Origin: Anaerolineales bacterium
GTDB lineage: Bacteria; Chloroflexota; Anaerolineae; Anaerolineales; UBA4823
Reading direction: 5' to 3'
DNA: 64,000 nt
Assembly: GCA_020061105.1 (NCBI GenBank)
Contig: JAGUYW010000002.1
Span: 110-64,109 of the forward strand
Shown: positions 39,990 to 50,845 of the stretch, one piece after another
How positions within the stretch are numbered: position 1 is the stretch's first letter
How the letters are laid out: every line of letters begins with the position of its first letter
The notes under the pieces: model-generated
The model's database searches: none
Told to the model about the DNA's origin: nothing
Seen by the model: the letters and a program-made list of their open reading frames with translations, nothing else
Made by a program: the position numbers and the translations under genes

Positions 39990-40472
39990 ATGCCAACCTC
40001 AATATCGACTGCGGATTTGACTGAATTTCTACTCGCCGCCAAGCTGGCTACCTACGCTTCTCAGAATGCTGAAGCCAATGTCGCCCCGCTCTTACCAGGC
40101 TCGCGCCAGTTGGAATACCACCACGGCGATTTTCACTACCGTGACATTTACTTCGGCAGCGCCTTTTTCGCCGGTCAAGAGACTGTCTACCACGATCAGA
40201 CGCCGCTTTGGACGATGGTCTACGCAGGCGGTATGCTTGCCGAACCGGCAGCTCCAGAAATGGCCAGCCAGGTTTATGAATTTCTGCGCCTTGCCCTGCG
40301 CCAGGTCGAACCACAGCGTCCATTTCGCGGGCCGCGCCGTCTACAGCACGGCAGTTTTCTTTACGAAGACGAGAACGACGGCGATATTGAACGCTTTTCC
40401 GGACGCGAGACCATCAGCCAGGATGGTCTGACGGTTTACCAGCTGCGCTACACCGGCGGCAGGATCGACTGA
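39990..40472 (+). CDS. DUF5680-like protein
   Basis: FLLAAKLATYA..YRDIYFG..FAGQETV..FLRLAL..PFRGP. Confidence 0.75.
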   Translation: MPTSISTADLTEFLLAAKLATYASQNAEANVAPLLPGSRQLEYHHGDFHYRDIYFGSAFFAGQETVYHDQTPLWTMVYAGGMLAEPAAPEMASQVYEFLRLALRQVEPQRPFRGPRRLQHGSFLYEDENDGDIERFSGRETISQDGLTVYQLRYTGGRID

Positions 40473-40503
40473 GCTGGCGAAGATTCACCAGTGGAGGTTT
40501 GCA

Positions 40504-41040
40504 ATGAAAATTCGCGCCATCGCCATCTCAGGTGAAATCGCCTCCGGAAAGAGCGCCATTGCCGAGAAGCTCGCCGGCACATTAAATGGTTGGAAACTGC
40601 ATACCGCCGGCCAAATTTACCGCGACTACTGCAAAACCCATCACATTCAATTCGCAGAAGCCCACGACCGCGTTCCCGACGAGGTCAACAGAATGATCGA
40701 CGCCCAGCAGGGCGAGATCATCCAAACCCACTCCAACATCATCGCCGATGGCCGCCTCTCGGGCTGGCTGGGACGCGACCTGGCGGATGTTTTACGAGTG
40801 TTTTGCTACGCCGAGCCAGAAATCCGCGCCCAGAGACTCTCCAAACGTGACGGGATCCCCGTCGAAAAGGCCAGAGCCGAAATCTCTCTCCGTGAAGCAC
40901 ACGATATTGCTACCTTCCAGCATATCTACGGCATTCAAGATTACCGCGCTCCGGCCTTGTATCATTTACGACTGGATACTTCCTTCGCGACCATTGAAGA
41001 AATGGCCAGGCATTTGAAAGAAGTGGTCGAAGCAGGCTAA
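40504..41040 (+). CDS. Archaeal-type cytidylate kinase-like protein
   Basis: ISGEIASGKS P-loop, DGRLSGW, RAQRLSKRD, YGI. Confidence 0.75.
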   Translation: MKIRAIAISGEIASGKSAIAEKLAGTLNGWKLHTAGQIYRDYCKTHHIQFAEAHDRVPDEVNRMIDAQQGEIIQTHSNIIADGRLSGWLGRDLADVLRVFCYAEPEIRAQRLSKRDGIPVEKARAEISLREAHDIATFQHIYGIQDYRAPALYHLRLDTSFATIEEMARHLKEVVEAG

Positions 41041-41166
41041 TTGTAATTACGAAAGGTCTGCGCCACTCCTGTGGTAGAATTTTCTCAGGCTTTCCCCACC
41101 AGGTTTTCACCAATGGCCTTCCCCTCTTATCCGCCCTTTTTTTGTTAGGCGCACCTGGAGGATGCC

Positions 41167-42549
41167 ATGAAAAAAACACATATCCTGACTGCATTGCTGG
41201 CGCTGGCTCTTTTTTTGACCGCCTGTTCTCTGCTGGCAAACCGCCAAAACGACTCCCCCGCCCCATCTGCTGAAGACGAAGAAACCATCCGCCCCATCCA
41301 ACGCTCTTCGGCTGCGCCAGTGCAGTTTTGCCTTGACTCGCAGCCGCCTTTCGTGACGGATCTGGGCGTGAGGCAGGATGAGCGACTGCCCGAACCTGCC
41401 CCGCATGTCGCTTTCCGCGACTCTATTTACGGCGGCTGCCTGGTGCGGGTTACTAACCGCAAGACCGATCGTTCGCCAGGCGACCCTTCCCGGGGCCTGA
41501 AGAACGAATATTCGCGCCTGCAGGCCTTCAACGCTGATGGCAGCCTGATCATGGTATTGGCGACCGAGGCGCACCGTTATGTGTACGATGCTTCCACCTT
41601 AGAACGACTCGGCGAACTTCCGGCTATGAATGACCCGCGCTGGAGCAACCGCGACCCCAACCTGATCTACTACATCGGCGAACTGACCCTGATGTCCTAC
41701 AACCTGGCGACCGGCGAGCAGCGCCTGGTGCACGATTTCGCCCCCGATTTTCCCGGGCAGAACATCGTTGCAGTCTGGACGCGCTGGGAGGGCAGCCAGT
41801 CGCTGGACGACCGCTATTGGGCATTCATGGCTGAAGACCAGGATTGGTTGACAGTTGCTTTCGTGGTTTACGATCTGCAGCAGGATCGAATCATCGCCCG
41901 GCGCCAGATTTCACCACCCGGCGATGTCGATAGCGTCACCATCAGCCCTTCCGGGGCTTACTTCCTGGCGCAGTTCGAATATTGCGAACATGGCTCAATG
42001 GGCAGCCTGGAGCAGCCGTGCGGTTTGATGGTGTACGATCAGAGCTTACAGAATGGGCGTGGGCTGCTGCGCAACGTCGGCCATTCCGACCTGGCTCTGG
42101 ACGAAAACGGCCGGGAAATCTTCTTCTACCAGGATATCGACACCGATCACGTCGCCATCCTCGACCTGCAAAGCGGGACGATCAGCAACCTGTTCCCGAT
42201 CGACTTCACCTTTTGCAACGGCTGCGGAATGCACTTCTCCGGGTTGGGTTACCAGCTACCGGGCTGGGGGCTGATTTCTTATTTCGACGGCGACGCAGTG
42301 ACGCACATGTGGATGGACGATCACATCTTTGCTGTGGAACTCAAACCCGGCGGTCGGGTGGTGCGCTTTGCCCAGCACCATTCACTGGTCGACCCCAACC
42401 AGGAGCACGATTACTGGGCCGAGCCGCACGCCAGCGTCAACCGCGATTTCACCCGCATCCTGTTTACCAGCAATTGGGGACGCTCCGGCACGGGCGAGGT
42501 AGAGATGTATATGATTGTGCTGCCGGTGAACTGGTTTCAAGCGCCATAG
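41167..42549 (+). CDS. Lipoprotein, probable beta-propeller
   Basis: Lipobox LTAC; YSRLQAFNADG, TISPSG, EPHASVNRDFTRILFTSNW. Confidence 0.7.
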   Translation: MKKTHILTALLALALFLTACSLLANRQNDSPAPSAEDEETIRPIQRSSAAPVQFCLDSQPPFVTDLGVRQDERLPEPAPHVAFRDSIYGGCLVRVTNRKTDRSPGDPSRGLKNEYSRLQAFNADGSLIMVLATEAHRYVYDASTLERLGELPAMNDPRWSNRDPNLIYYIGELTLMSYNLATGEQRLVHDFAPDFPGQNIVAVWTRWEGSQSLDDRYWAFMAEDQDWLTVAFVVYDLQQDRIIARRQISPPGDVDSVTISPSGAYFLAQFEYCEHGSMGSLEQPCGLMVYDQSLQNGRGLLRNVGHSDLALDENGREIFFYQDIDTDHVAILDLQSGTISNLFPIDFTFCNGCGMHFSGLGYQLPGWGLISYFDGDAVTHMWMDDHIFAVELKPGGRVVRFAQHHSLVDPNQEHDYWAEPHASVNRDFTRILFTSNWGRSGTGEVEMYMIVLPVNWFQAP

Positions 42550-42565
42550 GTAGGCGGCGTTGAAT

Positions 42566-44884
42566 TTAGGGTAATAGCAACATCAGCAGCAATCCCTGTC
42601 CATTGCCAAACGCCACAATCAACCCCGCAAACACCACGGAGACCATGGTCATCAGCTTGATCAGGATGTTGAGCGACGGACCAGCGGTATCCTTGAAGGG
42701 ATCGCCGACCGTGTCGCCGACCACCGCCGCCTTGTGAGCGTCGGAGCCTTTGCCGCCGTGCGCCCCGGCTTCGATGTATTTCTTGGCGTTATCCCAGGCC
42801 CCGCCGGCGTTGGACATCATGATCGCCAGCGATAACCCGGCAGACAGGCCGCCCACCAGCAAGCCTAACACCCCCGCCACACCAAACACCACCCCGATCA
42901 ACACCGGCACCAAAATCGCTACCGCCGCCGGGCCGGTCATTTCGCGCTGCGCCCCGGCGGTGCTAATATCCACGCAGCGGGCGTAATCTGGCTTGGCTGT
43001 GCCTTCCAGGATGCCCGGAATCTCGCGGAACTGACGGCGCACTTCTTCCACCATCCCGCTGGCTGCCCGCCCCACCGCGCTCATCGTCATGGCCGAGAAG
43101 TAGAAAGCCGTAGCCACGCCAGTAAAGACGCCCACCAGCAAAGCTGGGTTGAGCAGGTTGGCGTTGTAGTAATCCATAAAATTGTTGACATTCATCTCGG
43201 TCACTTTGATCCACACGCCGTCCACCAGCAGTTCTTCGATGCCGCGCAGTTCGTGCAGCACCAGGCGAATTTCTTCCAGGTAAGCCGCCAGCAGCGCCAT
43301 GGCGGTCAGGGCTGCTGAACCGATGGCAAAACCTTTGCCAATCGCCGCTGTGGTGTTGCCCACTGCATCCAACTGATCGGTGCGGTGGCGCACAATCGGG
43401 TCGAGCTTGGACATTTCAGCGTTGCCGCCAGCGTTATCGGCGATCGGGCCATAAGCGTCAGTCGCCAGGGTGAAACCGAGCGTCGAGAGCATGCTGACCG
43501 CCGCCAGGCCGACCCCGTACAGTCCCATCAAAATGTTGGTTGCCCCACCTGCCGCGTAAAAACTGACCACAATGCCAACCACCACTGCTGCCACGGGTAG
43601 ACCGCCCGAGCGCATGCCCACCGCCAGCCCTTCGATCAGGGCGGTGGCGGCGCTGGTATTGGCCTGGTCGGCGATATAGCGGGTAGGCGTGAAAGCGTGC
43701 GAGGTGTAATATTCGGTCAGTTTACCGACCGCAATGCCCACCGCCAGGCCGCTGAGCACCACGAACCACAGCGACAGCCAGTTGGGCATGCCGAGCAGCA
43801 TGAGAGCGGGCAACGAAACCACAGCAATGCCCAGCGAACTGAAATACAGGCCGCGGCTGAGGGCGCCGATCAATTCAGCCTGGCTGGCGTCCTCGCGGGC
43901 GCGCACCACATACAGCGCCAGGATCGAAAGCACGATACCGAGCGCCGCCAGTACAATCGGGGCAGAGATATAAATCATGCCCATTTCGAGGGGCGTTTTA
44001 TCTCCCAGCAGTTCGGCGGCCTTGAAACCCACCGCCGCCACGCCCAGGGCGGAAGTCGCCAGGATTGACCCGGCGTAAGATTCATACAGGTCAGCGCCCA
44101 TGCCCGCCACATCGCCGACGTTATCGCCCACGTTATCGGCGATCGTGGCCGGGTTGCGCGGGTCGTCTTCAGGGATATTGGCTTCCACTTTGCCGACCAG
44201 GTCGGCGCCGATATCGGCAGCCTTGGTGTAGATGCCGCCGCCTACCCGGGCAAACAGCGCCTGGGTCGAAGCGCCCATACCGAAGCTGAGCATGATGGCG
44301 GTGATCTGCGGCAGCGGGTTGGCTGCCACGCTGATGAAGTTGTCGGGAAAAATGATCGGGAAGAGGTTATAGAGCAGCAGGAACCACACCGTGATATCCA
44401 GCAAAGCAAAGCCGACCACCACCATCCCCATCACCGCCCCACCGCGCAGCGCCACCTGTAAAGCGCTGTTCAGGCTCTTCGTGGCAGCAAAGGTGGTGCG
44501 CGCTGAAGCATTGGTAGCGGCCTTCATGCCGATGAAGCCGCACAAACCGGAGAACAACCCGCCGGTCAGGAAAGCATACGGCACAATCGGGTTTTGCAAT
44601 TTGAAAAATGATAAAACCAGGAACAGGATGAACAAAGCGGCAAAGACCAAAATCACCACTTTGTACTGCCGCTTGAGATACGCCATGGCGCCCTCCCGCA
44701 CCGCCTGGGCGATCTCCTGCATGCGCTCGTTGCCTTCGCTCAGCTTCATCAGCTGACGGTAAAAATACCAGGCAAAAAAGAGCGCAATGATGGCAGTAAT
44801 CGGACCCAGCCACCATAACAGCGGCAGCCCCGGTCTCTCCACGCCCAAACTGGACTCAAGCGGGAACAACAACACTTCGAGCAT
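42566..44884 (-). CDS. hppA: K+-dependent membrane pyrophosphatase, Na+ or Na+,H+-translocating
   Basis: [48 protein letters not shown]. Confidence 0.95.
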   Translation of the reverse strand: MLEVLLFPLESSLGVERPGLPLLWWLGPITAIIALFFAWYFYRQLMKLSEGNERMQEIAQAVREGAMAYLKRQYKVVILVFAALFILFLVLSFFKLQNPIVPYAFLTGGLFSGLCGFIGMKAATNASARTTFAATKSLNSALQVALRGGAVMGMVVVGFALLDITVWFLLLYNLFPIIFPDNFISVAANPLPQITAIMLSFGMGASTQALFARVGGGIYTKAADIGADLVGKVEANIPEDDPRNPATIADNVGDNVGDVAGMGADLYESYAGSILATSALGVAAVGFKAAELLGDKTPLEMGMIYISAPIVLAALGIVLSILALYVVRAREDASQAELIGALSRGLYFSSLGIAVVSLPALMLLGMPNWLSLWFVVLSGLAVGIAVGKLTEYYTSHAFTPTRYIADQANTSAATALIEGLAVGMRSGGLPVAAVVVGIVVSFYAAGGATNILMGLYGVGLAAVSMLSTLGFTLATDAYGPIADNAGGNAEMSKLDPIVRHRTDQLDAVGNTTAAIGKGFAIGSAALTAMALLAAYLEEIRLVLHELRGIEELLVDGVWIKVTEMNVNNFMDYYNANLLNPALLVGVFTGVATAFYFSAMTMSAVGRAASGMVEEVRRQFREIPGILEGTAKPDYARCVDISTAGAQREMTGPAAVAILVPVLIGVVFGVAGVLGLLVGGLSAGLSLAIMMSNAGGAWDNAKKYIEAGAHGGKGSDAHKAAVVGDTVGDPFKDTAGPSLNILIKLMTMVSVVFAGLIVAFGNGQGLLLMLLLP

Positions 44885-44917
44885 TACTCTCCTCCTCAAT
44901 GGAAAAAGCGAATAGTG

Positions 44918-44971
44918 TGCAAAGGATTTTCGCCCACGTCATGCGCGCCAAAATGGCGCCAACCCTTTGCA
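44918..44971 (-). ncRNA. Probable Na+ riboswitch (DUF1646 motif)
   Basis: UGCAAAGGGUUG-[GCGCCA UUU UGGCGC]-GCAUGACGUGGGCGAAAAUCCUUUGCA in the hppA leader; matches my recollection of the GGGUUG..GUGGG..AAAUCC consensus. Confidence 0.65.
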
Positions 44972-44989
44972 ACGCCGGTGTGAACCCGT

Positions 44990-45018
44990 ATTTTACGGGC
45001 GCTTGCCGTTTGCGTCAA
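44990..45018 (-). promoter_or_regulatory. Sigma70 promoter of hppA
   Basis: TTGACG-17-TAAAAT on the minus strand just upstream of the RNA element. Confidence 0.65.
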
Positions 45019-45150
45019 GCGTAACAAACGAAAATCGGCGATCTATTCACCTGGGATTAAGCATAGGCCCACGGAAAGCTATTCATGATCCTGATTCGGC
45101 GGTATAATAATTTTGTAATACGTTTTTTTACGATCAAGAAAGGTAAAACG

Positions 45151-45366
45151 ATGGACACTTCCGTGATCTCTTCCAAATATCAGGTCGTTATCCCGCGAAA
45201 AATCCGCGAGAAATTCAACATAAAACCTGGACAAAGAGTTCTTTTCATCCCCTACCAGAAAAGCTTGCGCCTGGTTATCGTTCCCAGCATCGATGAGGCT
45301 TATGGAATGTTAACTGGGATGAATACAGAAAATTTGCGCGAAGAAGTGGATGAAGAGCGATGTTAA
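45151..45366 (+). CDS. vapB: AbrB/MazE-fold antitoxin
   Basis: ISSKYQVVIPRKIREKFNIKPG. Confidence 0.88.
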   Translation: MDTSVISSKYQVVIPRKIREKFNIKPGQRVLFIPYQKSLRLVIVPSIDEAYGMLTGMNTENLREEVDEERC

Positions 45367-45734
45367 ACTTAATTGACTCTTCTGGTTGGGTAGAGTATTT
45401 AACCAAAGGAAAAAACGGTCCAGTTTATTTTCCAATCATCCAGGATACAGCCAATTTAATCGTCCCAACAATCGTCATCTATGAAGTCTTCAAACGGGTG
45501 GCATCTCAATTTGGAATAGAAACTGCTCTTGAAGCAACAGGAGTGCTTTCTTCTGGAAAGGAAGCCGTAATCGATCGTACAATAGCCATCGACGCAGCCA
45601 AAATATCTCTTGATTTCAAGCTGGCAATGGCAGACAGCCTGATCCTGGCAACTGCCCAAGCATATGATGCGATATTATGGACTCAGGATGCACACTTCAA
45701 AGATTTTCCAGGCGTGCGTTACTTTGAGAAATGA
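45360..45734 (+). CDS. vapC: PIN-domain toxin
   Basis: IDSSGWVEY, YEV, MADSLILATA, TQDAHF; overlaps the antitoxin. Confidence 0.92.
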   Translation: MLNLIDSSGWVEYLTKGKNGPVYFPIIQDTANLIVPTIVIYEVFKRVASQFGIETALEATGVLSSGKEAVIDRTIAIDAAKISLDFKLAMADSLILATAQAYDAILWTQDAHFKDFPGVRYFEK

Positions 45735-45766
45735 TCGGTTACAAAAAATTAAGGTAAAAAACCAAC

Positions 45767-46585
45767 ATGAACGACGACCTGAGCGATATCGTTGACTTTT
45801 ACAACAGCGAACTCGAGCACGAACACACCCGCCTGGAACGCCACCAGCTTGAGTATGAACTGACCTGGCGCTACCTGGAGCGCTACCTGCCCGAGCGCGG
45901 TTCGATCCTGGAGATCGGCGCTGCGACGGGAGTCTACACCGTGGAACTGGCCCGGCGCGGCTACCAGGTTACGGCGGTGGATATGACCGAAAAATTATTG
46001 CAGCGCTGCCGGGAAAACCTGTCCGCCCACGGCATGCAAAACCAGGCGCGCCTGGTCATTGCAGATGTTCGACAATTGGATCAGTTTGTAGCGGACGAAT
46101 ATGACGCAGCCTTACTGATGGGGCCGCTCTATCACCTGGTGCTGGAAGTCGATCGCAAAACCGCGCTGGGACAGGTGTACGAACGCCTGCGCCCCGGCGG
46201 GCTGATCTTCAGCGCATTCATCAGCCGTTACGGCATCCTGGGCGACCTGATGAAGAAAATGCCGGAATGGATCGAAAACCAGGCCGAAGTGTGGTCGGTG
46301 CTGGAACTGGGCAGAGATCCTGAGAACCCCCGCAAAGGCGCCTTCCGGGGCTATTTCGCCGACCCGGCTGAGGTCGCCCCGCTGCATGAAAGCGCCGGTT
46401 TCGAGACGCTCGTGCTGGCGGCGGTCGAACCCGCCATTTCGGCCGACGACGAAAGCTACAACCAGCTTTACGGCGCGCGCCGCCGCCTGTGGCTCGACCT
46501 GCTCTACAAAATCAGCGCCCAACCTTCCTCGCTGGGCGCCTCCAGGCATTTGTTATATATCGGGAAAAAACCAATCACAGGATAA
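45767..46585 (+). CDS. Class I SAM-dependent methyltransferase
   Basis: ILEIGAATG, AVD, LMGPLYHL, LRPGG. Confidence 0.9.
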   Translation: MNDDLSDIVDFYNSELEHEHTRLERHQLEYELTWRYLERYLPERGSILEIGAATGVYTVELARRGYQVTAVDMTEKLLQRCRENLSAHGMQNQARLVIADVRQLDQFVADEYDAALLMGPLYHLVLEVDRKTALGQVYERLRPGGLIFSAFISRYGILGDLMKKMPEWIENQAEVWSVLELGRDPENPRKGAFRGYFADPAEVAPLHESAGFETLVLAAVEPAISADDESYNQLYGARRRLWLDLLYKISAQPSSLGASRHLLYIGKKPITG

Positions 46586-46720
46586 ACAGGATGAAGGGGA
46601 TATTTAGGATTTTATTAAAATCCTGTTTATCCCTGAAATCCTATCCATCCTGTTATGGTTTTCTTTATTGGTTCCGCGCTTATTAAATCCTGTGTATCCA
46701 ACTCATCCTATCCATCCTGT
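46577..46720. repeat. ACAGGAT/ATCCTGT palindromic repeat cluster between convergent genes
   Basis: ACAGGATAAACAGGATG..ATCCTGTTTATCC..ATCCATCCTGT; second right arm at about 46685-46720. Confidence 0.7.
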
Positions 46721-46729
46721 AAAGGTTTT

Positions 46730-47755
46730 TTAATTGACTCCACGCTGGCGCGGGTCGAAGGCGTCGCGCAAGCCGTCTCCCAGGAAGTTGAAGGCAAACA
46801 TGGTGATCGCCAGGGCCAGGGCCGGGAAGATGACCTGGTTCGGGTAGGTGCGCAGCACCGTCGCCCCGTCGGCTATCATCGAACCCCAGGAGGGCGTGGG
46901 CGGGTTGACCCCCAGCCCGATGAAGGAAAGGAAAGCCTCCAGCGTGATGTAACTCGGAATGGCCAGTGTCTCAGCCACCACCAGCGGGCCGAGGATATTG
47001 GGCAAGATATGGCGGAACATGATGCGGGCCGGGCTGGCGCCGATGGTCTGCGCCGCTTCGACGAACTCCTTCTGCCGTACCGAAAGCACCTGCCCGCGCG
47101 CCAGGCGCGCCATCGTCTCCCAGGCTGTCAGGCCGATGCCAATAAAGATGAACAGCATCCCACCCATGCGGGCGTCCATCTGCGCCAGGGAGTACGCCAG
47201 GGTGCCCGGTTCGAGCTTGGCAAAAGAGAAACGAAAGAAAGTCAGCAGCAAGATCACGAATAACAACGTTGGGAAGGCATACAGCACATCCACAATGCGC
47301 ATCATCAGGTTGTCGACCCACCCGCCGAAGTAACCGGAGATGCTGCCGTATACCACGCCAATGATCAGGCTGATCAGTGGGCCGATCAGCGCCACCGTCA
47401 GCGAGATGCGCGCCCCATAGACGATGCGGCTGAACAGGTCACGCCCGACATAATCCGCCCCCAACGGGTAAAGACTGGTTTCTTTGACATAACCCTTCAT
47501 CACCGGGAAGATCGCCAACACCCAGCCCGGGGATTTGTTTTGATCGGTCAGGGTCTGCTGGTCGTATGGATAGGGGGCGATCAGCGGCGCAAAAGCAGCC
47601 ATCAGGTATAGGACCAGGATGATGACCCCACCCATCACCGCCGCCCGGTTGCGCAGCAAGCGCTTGAAGGCGTCAGCCGTCAGGCTCTCGCCTTTGTGGT
47701 TCTTTTTCTCTGCCAGCGAGAGCACGCCCGTTTTACTTAAAGTTGTGGCAGCCAT
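46730..47755 (-). CDS. oppC: Oligopeptide ABC permease
   Basis: LGADYVGRDLFSRIVYGARIS, EAAQTIGA, GDGLRDAFDP. Confidence 0.92.
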   Translation of the reverse strand: MAATTLSKTGVLSLAEKKNHKGESLTADAFKRLLRNRAAVMGGVIILVLYLMAAFAPLIAPYPYDQQTLTDQNKSPGWVLAIFPVMKGYVKETSLYPLGADYVGRDLFSRIVYGARISLTVALIGPLISLIIGVVYGSISGYFGGWVDNLMMRIVDVLYAFPTLLFVILLLTFFRFSFAKLEPGTLAYSLAQMDARMGGMLFIFIGIGLTAWETMARLARGQVLSVRQKEFVEAAQTIGASPARIMFRHILPNILGPLVVAETLAIPSYITLEAFLSFIGLGVNPPTPSWGSMIADGATVLRTYPNQVIFPALALAITMFAFNFLGDGLRDAFDPRQRGVN

Positions 47756-47773
47756 GCTTTACTCCTTTCACGC

Positions 47774-48829
47774 TCATTCGTAACTGATGCGCGGATCCAG
47801 AAATCCGTAGAAAATATCCACCAGCAGGTTGGCGAGCACCAGCACCACTGCATACAGCAAGATGGTGCCCATAATCACCGGATAGTCGCGGTTGGTAATA
47901 CTGGTGACGAAATAGCGCCCCATGCCGGGGATGCCAAAGGTCTGTTCGGTCACAAACGTGCCGGTCACCAGGGCGGCAAACATCGGCCCCAGGATGGTAA
48001 CCACCGGCACGAGCGAGTTCTTCAGCGCGTGGCGCAGCAGGATGACTTGCTCGCGCACGCCTTTGGCGCGGGCGGTGCGGATATAATCCTCGCGGATCAC
48101 CTGCAGCAGGCTGGCGCGCGTCAGGCGGGCGATAATGGCCGAACTGCCCAGACCGAGCGCGAAAGCCGGCATGATGGCGTACTTGAAGAAGTCCCAACTC
48201 ATCTGCCGGGGCAAGAAGAAGTACACGTAGGGCGGTTTCGCGCCCCAACCGCTGGCCGGCAGCCACCTCAGCGTCACCGCGAAGATCCAGATCAAAATCG
48301 GCCCCAGCACAATGACCGGCACTGAGACGCCAAAGATCGCCACGCTCATCCCCAGGTAATCCAGGATGCTGTTCTGCTTGAGCGCCGCCAGGATGCCCAG
48401 CGGCAGCCCGATCAGGAGCGCCACGCATAACGCCATGAGACCCAATTGGATCGAGATCGGCAGCTGGTCGCGAAAGATTTCATTCACAGTGCGGCTGCGG
48501 GCGGCGTAGGACGGGCCGAAGTTCATCCAGCGCAGCCACAACGAACCCATTTTTACATTGATCAGGAAATCATCTTGCAGCGAGTTGCTGGGCGCCTGGG
48601 TGGTCAGGCGCGGAACCATGACATCGTACAGGTAGCGTACATATTGAACCGGCAGTGGATCGTCCAGGTGGTAATACTTCTCCAGGTTTTGGATCACCGT
48701 AGCCGGGAGCGCCTTTTCCCGGGTAAATGGACCGCCCGGGATGGTGTGCATCAACCCGAAGGTGATAGCCGAGACAGTCAGGACAACAGCGATCATATAA
48801 ATCAAACGGCGGGTGATATAACGAGCCAT
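47774..48829 (-). CDS. oppB: Oligopeptide ABC permease
   Basis: PGGPF, DYIRTARAKG, HALKN, NRDYP, DPRI. Confidence 0.92.
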   Translation of the reverse strand: MARYITRRLIYMIAVVLTVSAITFGLMHTIPGGPFTREKALPATVIQNLEKYYHLDDPLPVQYVRYLYDVMVPRLTTQAPSNSLQDDFLINVKMGSLWLRWMNFGPSYAARSRTVNEIFRDQLPISIQLGLMALCVALLIGLPLGILAALKQNSILDYLGMSVAIFGVSVPVIVLGPILIWIFAVTLRWLPASGWGAKPPYVYFFLPRQMSWDFFKYAIMPAFALGLGSSAIIARLTRASLLQVIREDYIRTARAKGVREQVILLRHALKNSLVPVVTILGPMFAALVTGTFVTEQTFGIPGMGRYFVTSITNRDYPVIMGTILLYAVVLVLANLLVDIFYGFLDPRISYE

Positions 48830-48915
48830 AGCGCGCCTCCTTCGTTTCGTTCAGGGCATTCCTGCCCCGGCCAGGCCAGCACCGGGACAGGAATGGGTCA
48901 ATGATCAGTCGACTT

Positions 48916-50742
48916 CTAGCGAATGTACCACTTCTCAACGTGCTCATGCCCGGTGTTGGAGTACGTGCGTACCACGTGCGGGCGGGTGCAGTTGGTGCGG
49001 GTGAACCAGTAGAGCGGGATGATGACTGCCTCATCCCATACCAGCAGTTGCTCGATCTGGGCGTATAACTCGATGCGCTTCTGGGGGTCCATTTCTTGGG
49101 CAGCCAAGACCGTCAGTTCTTCGAACTTTTCGTTGTACCAGTTTACGCCGCCAAAGACATTGCCAGTATCATCCAGCGGGTTGTTGTTGCCGCCGGCAGC
49201 GAAGTTCTCGCGGGCGAAGTTGTTGGCGTCCGGGTAGTCCTGGCCCCAGGTCAGGCGGAACATTTGCGGGGTGTCGAGGCTCTTGATGTACGGCAGGTAA
49301 GCTTTCCAGTCCATCGATTGCAGCTTGACTTCCAGGCCTAACACATCCTTCCACATTTGCTGGATGGCTTCCAGGATCCTCTGGTGTTGAGTAGAGGTGT
49401 TGTAGTACAGCGTGATATCAACCTCTGCCCGCGTCAGACCTTTCTCTTTCAGGTATTCTTCCAAAACCTGGCGCGCCAGGTCGGGGTTGTATTTCACTCC
49501 CAGGTCTGGGTAATCTTTCAACAGCGGGCAAGCCACCAGCCCGGGGCGGCAGAACCACTGGGCGGGTTCCTGGTTTTGCTTGGTGACGTTATCGATCAGG
49601 CTCTGACGATCGACCGCCATGGAAAGCGCCCTGCGTACGCGCACATCATCCACAAACTTGGCCTTGGTGTTGAAGCCCAGGAAGTAGGTGCCCAGGTCCG
49701 GTTGGTTGGTCAGTTCCTGTGAGAGCACCGGGTCGGCTTTGATGCGATCCATATCGGTCACGGGCACGCGCAGCGCCACATCCATGTTGCCAGATTCGTA
49801 TTCTGCGAAAGCCACAGCGTCATCCAACATCATCCAGACCACTTCGTCGATCTGCGGCTGGGGCACAGACTCGCTGCCAGGCCAGTAGGGATTCTTGATG
49901 ATCGTGACATAAGAGTCGTGAATCCATTCTTTCATCGTGTAAGGGCCGTAGCTCTGGAAAAGTCCGGTTTCGGTCCAGCGCTCGCCGCGCCCTTCGGTAC
50001 AATCATCGCCTTCGATGATCCACTGCGGCTGGGCATTGGCAATCCACAAGCCGGCGATATTGGGATTGTAAGCCACTGGATACAGGAATTTCATCTCAAA
50101 GGTCCACTCATCCAGGGCTTTGACAGCCACTGTGCTCGGATCTTCGGTCTCACCCGAGTTGAACGCCAAGGCGCCTTCAATGGCATTATCGAGCACGAAG
50201 GCGTAGGGCGAGGCTGTTGCTGGGGTTAAGGTGCGCAGCACGCCGTATTCAAAATCGTAAGCTGTCACCATGCGATCGGCGCCCTCGCAGTTTTGCACCT
50301 TGACCACCTGGCCTGAGACGGCGTCGAATTTTACCCACGGCACGTCCTGGCGCAGATGGAAGGTGTAAACCAGGCCGTCTGCACTGATGTCCCAGCTTTC
50401 GGCCATACCGGGTTCGACCTTGATGGTCTCCTCGTTCAAGCGCGTCAGCCCGACAAAAGTCTCTTCCAAGATCTGGATTGAGCTGGTATCTTCCGCCAGG
50501 CCAGGATCCAGGGTGGGCACATCGCCCGGCCCCAGGCTGAGGGTGATGGACTTGACGGGTTGATCTTGCGGTTCGGGCGTGGCGATCACTTCGACCACGC
50601 GCGTCTCGATGACGGTCTTGCCTTCTTTCTCGACCACCTGGGTTACGACGATGGTCTGAGGTTCGACCGTCTGGGCGCAAGCTGAGAGCAGCATGCTCGC
50701 CAGGATCAACAGGCTAATCAGGGTGGAAATTTTACTTTTCAT
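48916..50742 (-). CDS. oppA: Oligopeptide ABC substrate-binding lipoprotein (family 5)
   Basis: Lipobox [27 protein letters not shown]. Confidence 0.92.
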   Translation of the reverse strand: MKSKISTLISLLILASMLLSACAQTVEPQTIVVTQVVEKEGKTVIETRVVEVIATPEPQDQPVKSITLSLGPGDVPTLDPGLAEDTSSIQILEETFVGLTRLNEETIKVEPGMAESWDISADGLVYTFHLRQDVPWVKFDAVSGQVVKVQNCEGADRMVTAYDFEYGVLRTLTPATASPYAFVLDNAIEGALAFNSGETEDPSTVAVKALDEWTFEMKFLYPVAYNPNIAGLWIANAQPQWIIEGDDCTEGRGERWTETGLFQSYGPYTMKEWIHDSYVTIIKNPYWPGSESVPQPQIDEVVWMMLDDAVAFAEYESGNMDVALRVPVTDMDRIKADPVLSQELTNQPDLGTYFLGFNTKAKFVDDVRVRRALSMAVDRQSLIDNVTKQNQEPAQWFCRPGLVACPLLKDYPDLGVKYNPDLARQVLEEYLKEKGLTRAEVDITLYYNTSTQHQRILEAIQQMWKDVLGLEVKLQSMDWKAYLPYIKSLDTPQMFRLTWGQDYPDANNFARENFAAGGNNNPLDDTGNVFGGVNWYNEKFEELTVLAAQEMDPQKRIELYAQIEQLLVWDEAVIIPLYWFTRTNCTRPHVVRTYSNTGHEHVEKWYIR

Positions 50743-50845
50743 TTGTAGCTCCTTCTTTGTAAGTGAATTTTGGATAGATCATTTTTGAAAGTGGTTGGTT
50801 GCTGTGGATTAAGTTCATCTATAGGGCTTCCTCCAATGGATTTTT

